64,000 nucleotides of DNA. It comes from an uncultured Verrucomicrobiae bacterium (GTDB lineage Bacteria > Verrucomicrobiota > Verrucomicrobiia > Chthoniobacterales > UBA10450). Location: NCBI GenBank assembly GCA_963801815.1, contig CAWDGJ010000008.1, positions 68,105-132,104 of the forward strand, written 5' to 3'. A program made the position numbers and the translations under genes. Position 1 is the first letter of the stretch. Every line of letters starts with the position of its first letter. The notes below the pieces were generated by a model, which searched no databases, was not told the origin of the DNA, and saw nothing but the letters and a program-made list of their open reading frames with translations. Shown here piece after piece: positions 40,492 through 50,052 of this stretch.

Positions 40492-40578
40492 GGTGGATCG
40501 GCCGCTCCGCGGGCGATGTTAAACAAATGCGGCTTTGCCGCGATCACTAACATCGAGCGACGGAGCGCTCGATCCACC
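40492..40578. mobile_element. GGTGGATC-ended palindromic element (copy 2)
   Basis: Reverse-complement homologue of 6520-6607. Confidence 0.75.
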
Positions 40579-40626
40579 TTCAAGCATATCGATTGCTTCA
40601 CTCCAATCACCCCTTAGCTTCACTTC

Positions 40627-41845
40627 GTGTCATTTAATAATTTCGGCCTTTCATCGGAAGTCGTCCGCGGGACTCAGGCGATGGGTTTCACCGAGCCGAC
40701 ACCGATCCAGCTCCGCGCCTTTCCGATCATCCTTTCGGGCAAGGATTTAATCGGCACCGCTCAGACCGGTACCGGCAAGACCGCCGCGTTCGCTTTGCCG
40801 ATCTTGACCCTGCTCGGACATCACGGGAAATTTCGTTGTCTTGTTCTGGAACCAACGCGCGAGCTGGCCGCACAAGTCGAAACCGCGTTCCGCGATTACG
40901 GACGCTTCACCGACATTCGGGCGACCGTCGTGCATGGCGGTGTCGGTTACGGCAAGCAACGCGACGATCTGAAACGCGGCGTCGATGTCGTTGTCGCGAC
41001 ACCGGGGCGGCTGATCGATCATCTCGAACAAAAGACGCTCCATTTTCGCGATGTAAACATTCTCGTTCTCGACGAGGTCGATCGCATGCTCGACATGGGA
41101 TTTTTGCCGCAAGTCCGTCAGATCGTTGAAAAAATTTCGAGCGATCGGCAAACCCTTCTCTTCTCGGCGACTCTGCCACCGGAAATCGAGAGACTTTCCA
41201 AATGGGTTCTTCGCGAACCAGAGCTGATTGAAATCGGCGTGCGTCGTTCGCCTGCGGAAACGGTCACGCACGCGGTTTATCCAGTGGCAGCCGAACAGAA
41301 GTTCGATCTGCTCATGGCGCTGCTTGAACGAACGCAGTTCGACAGCGTGCTGATTTTTTGCCGAACGAAAATGAACGCCGATCGGGTGGCGCACAAATTG
41401 AAGCAGGGCAATCACGCCGTCGCGGTCCTGCATTCCAATCGCACCCAGCGCGAACGGATCGAAGCGCTTGAAGGATTCAAGAGCGGCAAATACGAAGTGA
41501 TGGTTGCGACTGACATTGCGTCGCGCGGACTCGACATCGCCGGGGTGAGTCACGTCATCAATTACGATGTGCCCGAGCATCCCGGAAGATTACGTCCATC
41601 GCATCGGCCGCACCGGTCGTGCCCAAAATGTCGGCGATGCGTTCACGCTGATGAACGGCGAAGAAGTCCCCGCGCTTCAAGCAATCGAACATTTCATCGG
41701 CCAAAAAATCCCGAGACTGAAGCTGGAGAACTTTCCTTATCTCTACACGGTTCTCTTTGAACCGGAATCAGCTGTCGGCGGACGCCGCGCGATCGGGGGC
41801 GGACGGAGTCATCGCGGGTTTTCTTACGGACGCCGGCGCCGGTAG
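40627..41845 (+). CDS. DEAD-box RNA helicase (RhlE-like), frameshift near 41581
   Basis: AQTGTGKT, PTRELA, DEVD, SAT, then YVHRIGRTGRA in shifted frame. Confidence 0.92.
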
Positions 41846-41855
41846 GATCGACAAT

Positions 41856-41925
41856 GTTGTAGCGGTGCTTGTTCTCAAGCACCGAACTGAAATAGATAGG
41901 CGCTTGAGACAAGCGCCTCTACAAC
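41856..41925. repeat. GTAG REP doublet (REPIN-like)
   Basis: gttgtagcggtgcttgttctcaagcaccg...aggcgcttgagacaagcgcctctacaac. Confidence 0.9.
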
Positions 41926-41929
41926 GATT

Positions 41930-44158
41930 TCAATTCTTGCCGCCGCACCACTGATCCACCCAATCGTTCACGGTTTTGTACCAGAGCCGTGAGTTCTGCG
42001 GCTTGAGCACCCAGTGACCTTCGTCCGGGAAATACAACATCTTCGACGGCACCTTCAGCACTTGGAGCGTCGTGAACAGATCGAATCCTTGTGAAACATC
42101 GAGCCGGTAATCGAGCTGACCGTGCACGACCAGCGTCGGCGTCTTGAATTTGTCGGCGAACAAGTGCGGCGACCATTTCCGATAAAGCTCACGTTGCTTC
42201 CACGGCGGACCTTTGAATTCCCATTCCGGGAACCAGAGTTCTTCAGTCGTGCCATACGCCGACTCGGTGTTGAACATGCCGTCGTGCGACACGATGCATT
42301 TGAATCGGTTGGTGTGGCCTAACAACCAGTTGGCCATGTAACCGCCGTAGCTCGCGCCCAGCGCCGCCTCGCGGTTCTTGTCGATGAACGGATAGGTCTT
42401 CTCCACGTAATCGAGCCCCTTCATCAGATCGACATACGGTTTGCCGCCCCAATCGCCGCTGATCGAATCCGTAAACTTCTGACCGTAACCGGTCGAGCCG
42501 TGGAAATTGATCATCACCACCACGTAATTTCCGTTCGCCGCGAACAACTCCGCGTTCCAGCGATACGTCCACTCATTTCCCCACGCTCCTTGCGGCCCGC
42601 CATGGATCAAAAACTTCAGCGGATATTTCTTGTTCGGATCGAATCCCGGCGGCTTGACCATGAAACCCTGAACCTCTTCGTCATTCGCGCCTTTGAACGT
42701 GAACGACTCCAACGGCTGCATGTCGATCTGCGAGAGCAGCGGCGTCGTTCATGTGCGTGACCGGCGCGTACTTCACAAGCCCAGTGGATCTGCGAGAGCG
42801 TTCTAAATGTGGCGCGAATAGTTTCTCCATTTGGTGCCTTGACGTCTTCCGCTGTAATGGAAACCGAGCAATTTCGTTCGGCGCGGCAATCGAACTCACA
42901 GTGCAAAAGAGTCCTTCACGCATACAGACGACATCTCAAAATGTCGCTTTTACGAGCGGCCAGTCCTCGTCTCCAGAGCGCACTGCAAAAAGGGGCGATT
43001 GACCGTGCTCTTCCGCTGCGCAGAAAGACTTCATCCGAAGTCAGTGCCCAACTGAAGCTTCCAATCGATCGATCAAACTTTTGTGTCACGATCGCGCGTT
43101 TTCCCTGATTGTCGATCTTGGACAAGGAGCCGCCATTTATCGGCTTCGAAGCCGGCGCGTGCCTGCGAACGCCAGGCGAGATATTTTCCGTCCGGCGAAT
43201 AGAGCGGCGTCTCGTCCGCGCCGGGACTGGTGGAAATTCTCTTCGGCTGCGGTGCTGTAGGGGAAGCCGTTGGCTTCCCAGGGACGCTATCAGCGTCCCC
43301 TACAGTAATCGGCACGGTGAAAATTTCGTCGTTCGTGCTGGTCGCCTCGACTTCATCAATATTGCTGGTGTAGGCGAGCTCCTGGCCGTCCGGCGAAATC
43401 GCATACATGTCCTGTCCGCCGAGATGAAACGGCGGCACATCATGATCGCCCGGGGTGAGATCACGCGGCTCGTTCGCAACCTCTTGCTGCCCACCGGCAA
43501 CTTGACCGTTTAAAACGGTCAAGTTTGAATTGGCATCGGACCTGATGGCGAAGAGGTGGCTCCGCTTGAATTCGGTGAACGCGTTCCAGTGCCGATAGAA
43601 AAGTTTCGTGAAAACCTTCGCTTTCACTTTGCTCTTCTTCAGGTCTTCGTCGCGCTGCTTGTTGCACGCGTCATCTTTGCAATCGGGATAAACTTCCGAG
43701 ATGAACACGATGTTTTTCCCGTCCGGCGACCAGATCGCGCCGTCGGCTCCGGTGGAGATGTTCGTCACCTGATGCGGCTGGCCAGCGAGCGTTCCGGTTC
43801 CGGAATCAAATTCGCACATCCAGATTTGGGTTGGATCGGTCGCTTTTGATGTCCAGATCAACCGTTTACCGTCCGGCGAAAAGCGCGGTCGCTCTTCGTG
43901 ATTCGGCGTTTTATTCAACCGTTTTGCGTCACCGCCGCTCGCCGGGACGATCCACAAATGGGAAATCTTGGTGTTCGCCTCAAGATCGACATCGGTCGCG
44001 GAGAAGACGACCCATTTGCCGTCTGGTGAGGGCACCGGCTCGTCGACCCGCTTGAGTTTCATCATGTCCTCGAATGTGAACGGATGTTTTCCCGTTGTTG
44101 TTTGGGCGAACGCGCTAACGGCCAGAAAGAAAAGCGGGATGAAAAATCTAATTCTCAT
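41930..44158 (-). CDS. Secreted S9 family peptidase (beta-propeller + catalytic domain), several frameshifts in 42720-43095
   Basis: SPDGK repeats, IHGGP, GASYGG, DYR, EGHW. Confidence 0.88.
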
Positions 44159-44175
44159 GACGCTTCGATACTGAC

Positions 44176-44242
44176 GTTGTAGAGGCGCTTGTGCCAAGCG
44201 CCTATTCTACAAACAGGCGGCTGACACAGCCACCTCTACAAC
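44176..44242. repeat. GTAG REP doublet
   Basis: gttgtagaggcgcttgtgccaagcgcct...ggctgacacagccacctctacaac. Confidence 0.88.
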
Positions 44243-44278
44243 GTTTCCAGCGGAGTTCACATCGGCTATTGTGCAGAC

Positions 44279-44494
44279 ATGGCTCAAGTAACAATCGAGA
44301 CAATCAAGAATGGCCCTTACATCGTGAAGGGCGAAGTCGAACTCTTCGATACCGACGGGAACAAATTTCCAGTCGAACCGCGTATGGCGCTCTGCCGTTG
44401 CGGGGCGTCGACCGAGAAACCGTTTTGCGACGGCACTCATTCCAAAATCGGTTTCAAAGCGGCGGAAAAAGCCGTACCGGAATCGAAAGAATGA
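44279..44494 (+). CDS. CDGSH iron-sulfur domain protein
   Basis: NGPY, LCRCGAS..KPFCDGTH. Confidence 0.95.
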   Translation: MAQVTIETIKNGPYIVKGEVELFDTDGNKFPVEPRMALCRCGASTEKPFCDGTHSKIGFKAAEKAVPESKE

Positions 44495-45576
44495 CGTTTG
44501 CAAAACATCTGAGAGTTGTAGAGGCATTCGCCGCGGCGAACGCCTTTTTATTGGTTCGGCGTTTGAGAACAAACGCCGCTACAACGCTACTGATTCTTTC
44601 TAGCGCAGCTGGTCTCGCCCAGCCGTTGCCGAAGACGATGAAAGCAAGCGTCGCCCACGAGTACGGCGGCCCGGAAGTTCTGAAACTGGAGGAAATTGCT
44701 GTTCCGGAACCGAAGGAGAACGAAATTCTCGTCCGCGTGATCGCGAGCGGCGTGAATCCGGCCGACCCACTCATTCTCAACGGCAAATACGCCAAAGAAT
44801 TTGGAACGCATCTTCCGTTGGTTCTCGGTTACGACATGGCCGGCGTGGTGGTGAAAACCGGCCCGAAAATCACGAAACTGAAAGTCGGCGATCCCGTTTA
44901 CGCCTACCTCCTCTGGGGCGGCGGCTGGGCTGAATATTGCATCTCGAACGAGGGCGAATCGGCGATCAAACCGAAGTCGCTTAACTTTGTTGAAGCGAGC
45001 GCGGTTCCGCTCGCGGCGCTGACGGCATGGCAGGCATTGGTCGACATCGGAAAGATTCAGAGCGGCCAAACCGTTCTCATTCATGGCGGCTCAGGCGGCG
45101 TCGGAAGCCTTGCGATTCAAATCGCCAAAGCGCGCGGCGCGCGGGTGATCGCAACAGCGTCAGCCGCCAATCAGGATTTGCTCAAGCAACTCGGCGCCGA
45201 CGTTGCGATTGATTACGCCAAGCCAAATTGGGAAAACACCGTCCACGATGTCGACTTTGCGCTGATGCCAGTCGGCGGCGAAACGATGAAGCGCACCTAT
45301 GGCGTCATGAAAAAAGGCGGCACCATCGCGACGCTCATTTCGCGAGCTGATCCGGCCGAGTTGAAAAAACGGCGACTCCGCGGCGCGCCTGTTTTCTCTC
45401 ATCCTGACGCCAATGAGCTGGCAGAAATCACGAAATTGATCGAGGCGGGGAAAATCAAGCCGATCGTCTCACAAGTTTTGCCCCTAGCCGACGCGGCGAA
45501 AGCCGACGCGCAGGCGGAAACACATCATACCCGCGGTAAAATTGTCTTGCGGATTGCAGACGAACCGAAAGGGTAA
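44491..45576 (+). CDS. NADP-dependent oxidoreductase (MDR/quinone reductase family); ATG 44491, alternative start 44638
   Basis: YGGPEVL, GVNPAD, HGGSGGVG, RGKIVL. Confidence 0.9.
   Translation: MTFAKHLRVVEAFAAANAFLLVRRLRTNAATTLLILSSAAGLAQPLPKTMKASVAHEYGGPEVLKLEEIAVPEPKENEILVRVIASGVNPADPLILNGKYAKEFGTHLPLVLGYDMAGVVVKTGPKITKLKVGDPVYAYLLWGGGWAEYCISNEGESAIKPKSLNFVEASAVPLAALTAWQALVDIGKIQSGQTVLIHGGSGGVGSLAIQIAKARGARVIATASAANQDLLKQLGADVAIDYAKPNWENTVHDVDFALMPVGGETMKRTYGVMKKGGTIATLISRADPAELKKRRLRGAPVFSHPDANELAEITKLIEAGKIKPIVSQVLPLADAAKADAQAETHHTRGKIVLRIADEPKG
44515..44585. repeat. GTAG REP doublet, in frame with the oxidoreductase N-terminus
   Basis: gttgtagaggcattcgccgcggcgaacgcct...ggcgtttgagaacaaacgccgctacaac. 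Confidence 0.85.
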
Positions 45577-45589
45577 AAAAGGCGAACAA

Positions 45590-45658
45590 GTTGTAGCGGT
45601 GCTTGTTCTCAAGCACCGAACTTAATAAATAGGCGCTTGGCACAAGCGCCTCTACAAC
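45590..45658. repeat. GTAG REP doublet, near-identical to 41856-41925
   Basis: Same first 33 nt; second arm aggcgcttggcacaagcgcctctacaac. Confidence 0.9.
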
Positions 45659-45667
45659 GCTGGAAAT

Positions 45668-47065
45668 ATGAAAACGATAACTTTCTTCTTCATCGCGCTA
45701 TTTGGAATCTCCGCAGCTAATGCTGAGAAAATCTCGCTCGTGGGCGCGACCGTCATTAATCCGGCCGACGGCAAAATATTGCCGAACGCAACGGTCGTGA
45801 TCAATGGCGACAAGATCGAGCGCGTTGCGATGGGCAAGCAGGACGCCGCCACGCTCGGAAAACAGATCCCTTGTGTCGGCAAATTCATTTTGCCTGGCTA
45901 CATCGACACGCACGTTCATTTCTTTCAATCGGCCGATTTGTTCACGCGACCGGACGGCGCCGATTTCAATAGCATTCGTCCCTACAAAGATGAAGTCGCC
46001 TGGATCAAGTCGCATCTTGATGACGTGTTCGCGCGCTACATCCGCTGCGGGATCACCAGCGTAGTTGATGACGGCGGGCCGATGTGGAATTTCGACGTCC
46101 GCAAAAAGGCGAACGCGACTGCGAAAGCGCCGCGCGTCGCGGTTGCCGGTCCGTTAATTTCCAGCGTCTCGCGCGAAAAACTCGATCTTGGTGATCCGCC
46201 GATTGTGAAGATCGATAGTCCTGAGCAGGCGCGCGATTTCGTGCGCAAACTGACCGAGCAAAAACCGGATTTCGTTAAGATCTGGTACATCGTGGACAAA
46301 GATCATCCGGTCGATTCGTTCCGGCCGATCGTGCACGCGACGATTGAAGAGAGCCACGCCCACAAAATTCGCGTGATGGTGCACGCCACCGAACTGGAAA
46401 CCGCGCGGGCAGCAGTGGAAGAGGGTGCAGACATTCTCGTGCACAGCGTGATCGACAAACCGATCGACGACGCGTTTGTGAAGTTGTTGAAAGATCGACA
46501 CACGATCCTGTGTCCAACGCTGGTCGTATTCGAGCGCTACGGCCGGGTGTTTTCGCATCAGTTGAATCTGACCCCGGAGGAAGAGAAATGGGGCAATCCG
46601 GATGTGATCACGTCCCTCGATGTGACGAAAATCCCAGAGGATAAGCTGCCGGACCGTGTCAAGCAGGCGTTGGCCGATCCGAAAGCGACAATGGACAGGA
46701 TCAATAAGACGTACGAAGTCGCGCTGCCTAACTTGAAAAAACTGGAAGACGCAGGCGTGACCATCGCCGCCGGAACGGACGCCGGGAACGTCGGCACGAT
46801 TCATGGCCCGGCGTTATTCCGCGAATTTCAGCTGATGAAAGAAGCGGGCCTCACGAACATGCAAATCTTGCAATGTGCCACGGCAAGCGCGGCCAAGCTT
46901 TTCGGCGGCGAAACCGGCGGCCATATCGGCAGGCTCGACAGCGGATGTTTCGCCGATCTTGTGATTTTGAAATCGAATCCCGTGGACGACATCAGCCACA
47001 CGTCCGACATCGATAGTGTCGTCAAGAATGGCGTCATGTATCCGGCCGATTCGATTTTGAAATAG
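45668..47065 (+). CDS. Secreted amidohydrolase
   Basis: PGYIDTHVH, VHA, LVHS, AGTDAGN, ADLVIL..NP. Confidence 0.9.
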   Translation: MKTITFFFIALFGISAANAEKISLVGATVINPADGKILPNATVVINGDKIERVAMGKQDAATLGKQIPCVGKFILPGYIDTHVHFFQSADLFTRPDGADFNSIRPYKDEVAWIKSHLDDVFARYIRCGITSVVDDGGPMWNFDVRKKANATAKAPRVAVAGPLISSVSREKLDLGDPPIVKIDSPEQARDFVRKLTEQKPDFVKIWYIVDKDHPVDSFRPIVHATIEESHAHKIRVMVHATELETARAAVEEGADILVHSVIDKPIDDAFVKLLKDRHTILCPTLVVFERYGRVFSHQLNLTPEEEKWGNPDVITSLDVTKIPEDKLPDRVKQALADPKATMDRINKTYEVALPNLKKLEDAGVTIAAGTDAGNVGTIHGPALFREFQLMKEAGLTNMQILQCATASAAKLFGGETGGHIGRLDSGCFADLVILKSNPVDDISHTSDIDSVVKNGVMYPADSILK

Positions 47066-47132
47066 GCAGGAGCGATTCACCAAACCCCCCGCTGGTTGGG
47101 CGGCTCGGGCGATTGAGGCCAATCGCCCCTAG
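47065..47132. repeat. Degenerate REP doublet
   Basis: ggcaggagcgatt...gggcgattgaggccaatcgcccctag. Confidence 0.65.
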
Positions 47133-47185
47133 CTAAAGTCGAAAAGCGTTGAACGCGCGCGGAAGTTGTAGATTCTAACCTCCCT

Positions 47186-49312
47186 ATGCACTTGAATCGC
47201 TGGTTACTTATCGTCGCATTCTCTTTACCCGCCATCGCCGGAATCCCGGCAGCCGAAACGCAAACTCCGAAAAAGCCCGTAACGGACGAATACCAGGGCG
47301 TCAAAGTCCAGGATGATTATCAGTGGCTGGAAAAAGACGATGATCCCGCGGTCAAAAGCTGGTCGGACGCGCAAAATCAAAAGGCACGCGCCTACCTCGA
47401 CAAGTTACCGGATCGAGCCGCACTGGAAAAACAACTGACCGAATGGTTTGCCAAAACGTCACCGAGTTATTCCGGAATCGTTTCGCGACCGGGGATTTTG
47501 TTCGCGATGAAGTTCCAGCCGCCGAAGCAGCAACCGATGCTGGTCACGCTGGCGTCGGCCGACGATTTGAAATCGGAGAAGATCGTCCTCGATCCAAACA
47601 CCCTCGATACAAAAGGCACGACGACGATAGACTGGTTTGAGCCATCGCGTGATGGAAAGTACGTGGCGGTCTCAATCTCCCAAGGCGGCAGTGAGGACGG
47701 CACGCTTCACATTTATGAAACGGCTACCGGCAAAGCGCTGCCCGATTCGATTGCACATGTCCAATATCCGACGGCGGGCGGTAGCGCCGCGTGGAATGTG
47801 GATGAAACAGGACTGTATTACACGCGATTTCCTCGCAAAGGCGAAAAACCGGACACCGATCTGAATTTTTATCAGCAAGTCTATTTTCATAAACTTGGAA
47901 CGGCCGACAGCGAGGACACGTATTCGATTGGCAAAGAATTTCCGCGAATCGCCGAGGTCAAGCTCCAGACCTCACGCGATGGGAAATTCATTTTGGCCAC
48001 GGTCGCAAACGGCGATGGCGGCGATTTCGCCCATTATTTGCTCGGCCCGGATGGGAACTGGAAACAGCTGACGAAGTTCGAAGACCAGATCAAAGCCGCG
48101 CGTATTGGACGCGACAACGCGCTCTACCTCCTGTCACGCGCTGGCGCGCCGCGTGGAAAGATTTTGCGGATGCCGTTGGACAATCCCGAACTAGCCAGCG
48201 CGACGACCGTAGTTGAGGCGAGCGACGCGGTGATTGAATTCTTCGAGCCAACCGCGGACGCGCTATACGTCGCCGACTTGCTGGGCGGACCCTCCCAGAT
48301 TCGGCGTTTCGATCTAGATGGCAAGAATGCGCAGGTGATAGCGATTCCGAACATATCGGCGGTTTCAGAGATGGAATCGTTGGAGGACAACTCACTTCTC
48401 TTTCGCGATGTGAGCTTTACCGAGCCGGCGGCCTGGTTTCACGTGACCGACCCAACAAAAGCGCCCGTAAAAACCGCGCTGGTGAACACTACGCCGGTGT
48501 CGTTTGCAGACATCGAAGTGACCCGCGAGCTCGCCACGTCGAAGGATGGCACAAAGATCCCGCTGAATATTGTTCGCAAAAAAGGAACTAAGCAGGATGG
48601 AAACAATCCCACATTACTTTACGGCTACGGAGGTTACGGGCTTAGCATGTCGCCTAATTTTGATTTCACGCGCCGCGTTTGGTTTGACCACGGCGGCGTT
48701 TATGTGGTCGCCAACATTCGCGGCGGCGGCGAATTCGGCGAGGAGTGGCACAAGGCAGGGAATCTCACGAAGAAACAGAACGTGTTCGATGATTTCGCGG
48801 CGGCGGCAGAATATTTGGTTCAACAGAAGTGGACGCGACACGACAAACTGGCGCTTCTCGGTGGAAGCAACGGCGGCCTGCTAATGGGTGCGTTGATCAC
48901 GCAGCATCCGGAATTGATGCGCGCAGTAGTTTCGTTTGTCGGAATTTATGACATGCTGCGGGTCGAACTGGCGCCGAATGGAGCTTTTAACGTGACCGAA
49001 TTTGGGACCGTGAAAGATCCCGAACAGTTCAAGGCCCTCTACGCCTACTCCCCGTATCATCACGTCGTCGACGGAACAAAATACCCATCGATCCTGTTCA
49101 TGACTGGGGCGAATGATGGCCGGGTCGCACCGTATCATTCGCGCAAAATGGTTGCGCGTTTGGACGAAGCCAACAAGTCGACGAACCCAATCGTCTTGCG
49201 AACAAGCTCGAGCGCCGGGCATGGCATCGGCACTGCCTTGAGCGAAAGAATCAAGCAACTCGCCGACGAATATTCGTTTCTGTTCGCGCAGCTGGGGATG
49301 TCTAAAAAGTAG
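47186..49312 (+). CDS. Prolyl oligopeptidase (S9A), secreted
   Basis: DDYQWLE, YGYGGY, NIRGGGEFG, GGSNGG, DGRV, AGHG. Confidence 0.95.
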   Translation: MHLNRWLLIVAFSLPAIAGIPAAETQTPKKPVTDEYQGVKVQDDYQWLEKDDDPAVKSWSDAQNQKARAYLDKLPDRAALEKQLTEWFAKTSPSYSGIVSRPGILFAMKFQPPKQQPMLVTLASADDLKSEKIVLDPNTLDTKGTTTIDWFEPSRDGKYVAVSISQGGSEDGTLHIYETATGKALPDSIAHVQYPTAGGSAAWNVDETGLYYTRFPRKGEKPDTDLNFYQQVYFHKLGTADSEDTYSIGKEFPRIAEVKLQTSRDGKFILATVANGDGGDFAHYLLGPDGNWKQLTKFEDQIKAARIGRDNALYLLSRAGAPRGKILRMPLDNPELASATTVVEASDAVIEFFEPTADALYVADLLGGPSQIRRFDLDGKNAQVIAIPNISAVSEMESLEDNSLLFRDVSFTEPAAWFHVTDPTKAPVKTALVNTTPVSFADIEVTRELATSKDGTKIPLNIVRKKGTKQDGNNPTLLYGYGGYGLSMSPNFDFTRRVWFDHGGVYVVANIRGGGEFGEEWHKAGNLTKKQNVFDDFAAAAEYLVQQKWTRHDKLALLGGSNGGLLMGALITQHPELMRAVVSFVGIYDMLRVELAPNGAFNVTEFGTVKDPEQFKALYAYSPYHHVVDGTKYPSILFMTGANDGRVAPYHSRKMVARLDEANKSTNPIVLRTSSSAGHGIGTALSERIKQLADEYSFLFAQLGMSKK

Positions 49313-49365
49313 GCCGCGTGAATTTGCACTGAATCCTACCGCGACGGGTTGCGTCGAACCCAAGT

Positions 49366-50004
49366 ATGAAGCCGGCTCTCATTCCGATCTTTTTGACAGG
49401 GGTCGCACTATCGATCTTCGCGGCCGAGCCCGAGCAAGACGCGGATTGGAAATTAATCAAACAGACCGGTTGCATTTCCATCTACAGCCGGCCGCATCCT
49501 GGATCGAAGATCAAGGAATTCAAAGCGATCGGCGAGATCGATGCCAGCAGTAAGACTGTTCACAACGTGATCGACGACGTCGCGGCTTATCCGAGTTTCA
49601 TGCCTTACACGAAAGAGTGTCGCGTGCTTAAGGAGGAAAAGGATTCGACCATCACTTATCAGCGTCTTTCGCCGAAGATTGTCAGCGATCGTGACTACAC
49701 GATTCGGATCCAAGAAAAATCGTGGCCCGCGGAAAATGGGTTCGCGTATTTCAGTTGCTGGGAACCGGCCAATGACGAAGGACCGTCGGAAACGCCCGGC
49801 GTCTCCCGGGTGAAATTGGTCAACGGATCGTGGTTGCTCGAGCCGGTCGCACCCGACAAGACACGCGCGACATATTCTGTTTTCACGGACAGCGGGATCG
49901 CAGTTCCGCAATTCCTCGCCAACACCCTCAGCGAAACGGGCATCAGCAAGCTGTTCGCGGCGGTACGCCAGCAGGTAAAAAAGCCAAAATACCAGACGCG
50001 ATAG
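49366..50004 (+). CDS. START/SRPBCC lipid-binding domain protein
   Basis: WKLIK...IYSR, EFKAIGEI, VSDRDY, GSWLLEP. Confidence 0.8.
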   Translation: MKPALIPIFLTGVALSIFAAEPEQDADWKLIKQTGCISIYSRPHPGSKIKEFKAIGEIDASSKTVHNVIDDVAAYPSFMPYTKECRVLKEEKDSTITYQRLSPKIVSDRDYTIRIQEKSWPAENGFAYFSCWEPANDEGPSETPGVSRVKLVNGSWLLEPVAPDKTRATYSVFTDSGIAVPQFLANTLSETGISKLFAAVRQQVKKPKYQTR

Positions 50005-50052
50005 TTCGCGCGTGAAGTTCTGGGGAATTAGCTTATCCTGCGCGCTGCGCAG

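Noticed and set aside
42750..43550. Diversity-generating retroelement target in the S9 peptidase
   Set aside because: No reverse transcriptase and no template/variable repeat pair in the window.
44191..44490. 100-aa N-terminal extension of the oxidoreductase in the ORF track
   Set aside because: It overlaps the real CDGSH gene in another frame and starts inside a REP.
41856..45658. Repeats between genes as integron attC sites
   Set aside because: Ends run GTTGTAG...CTACAAC, the opposite order to attC R''/R' boxes; flanked genes lie on both strands; no integrase is present.
41856..45658. CRISPR array
   Set aside because: Repeats are separated by whole genes, not 30-40 bp spacers, and there are no cas genes.
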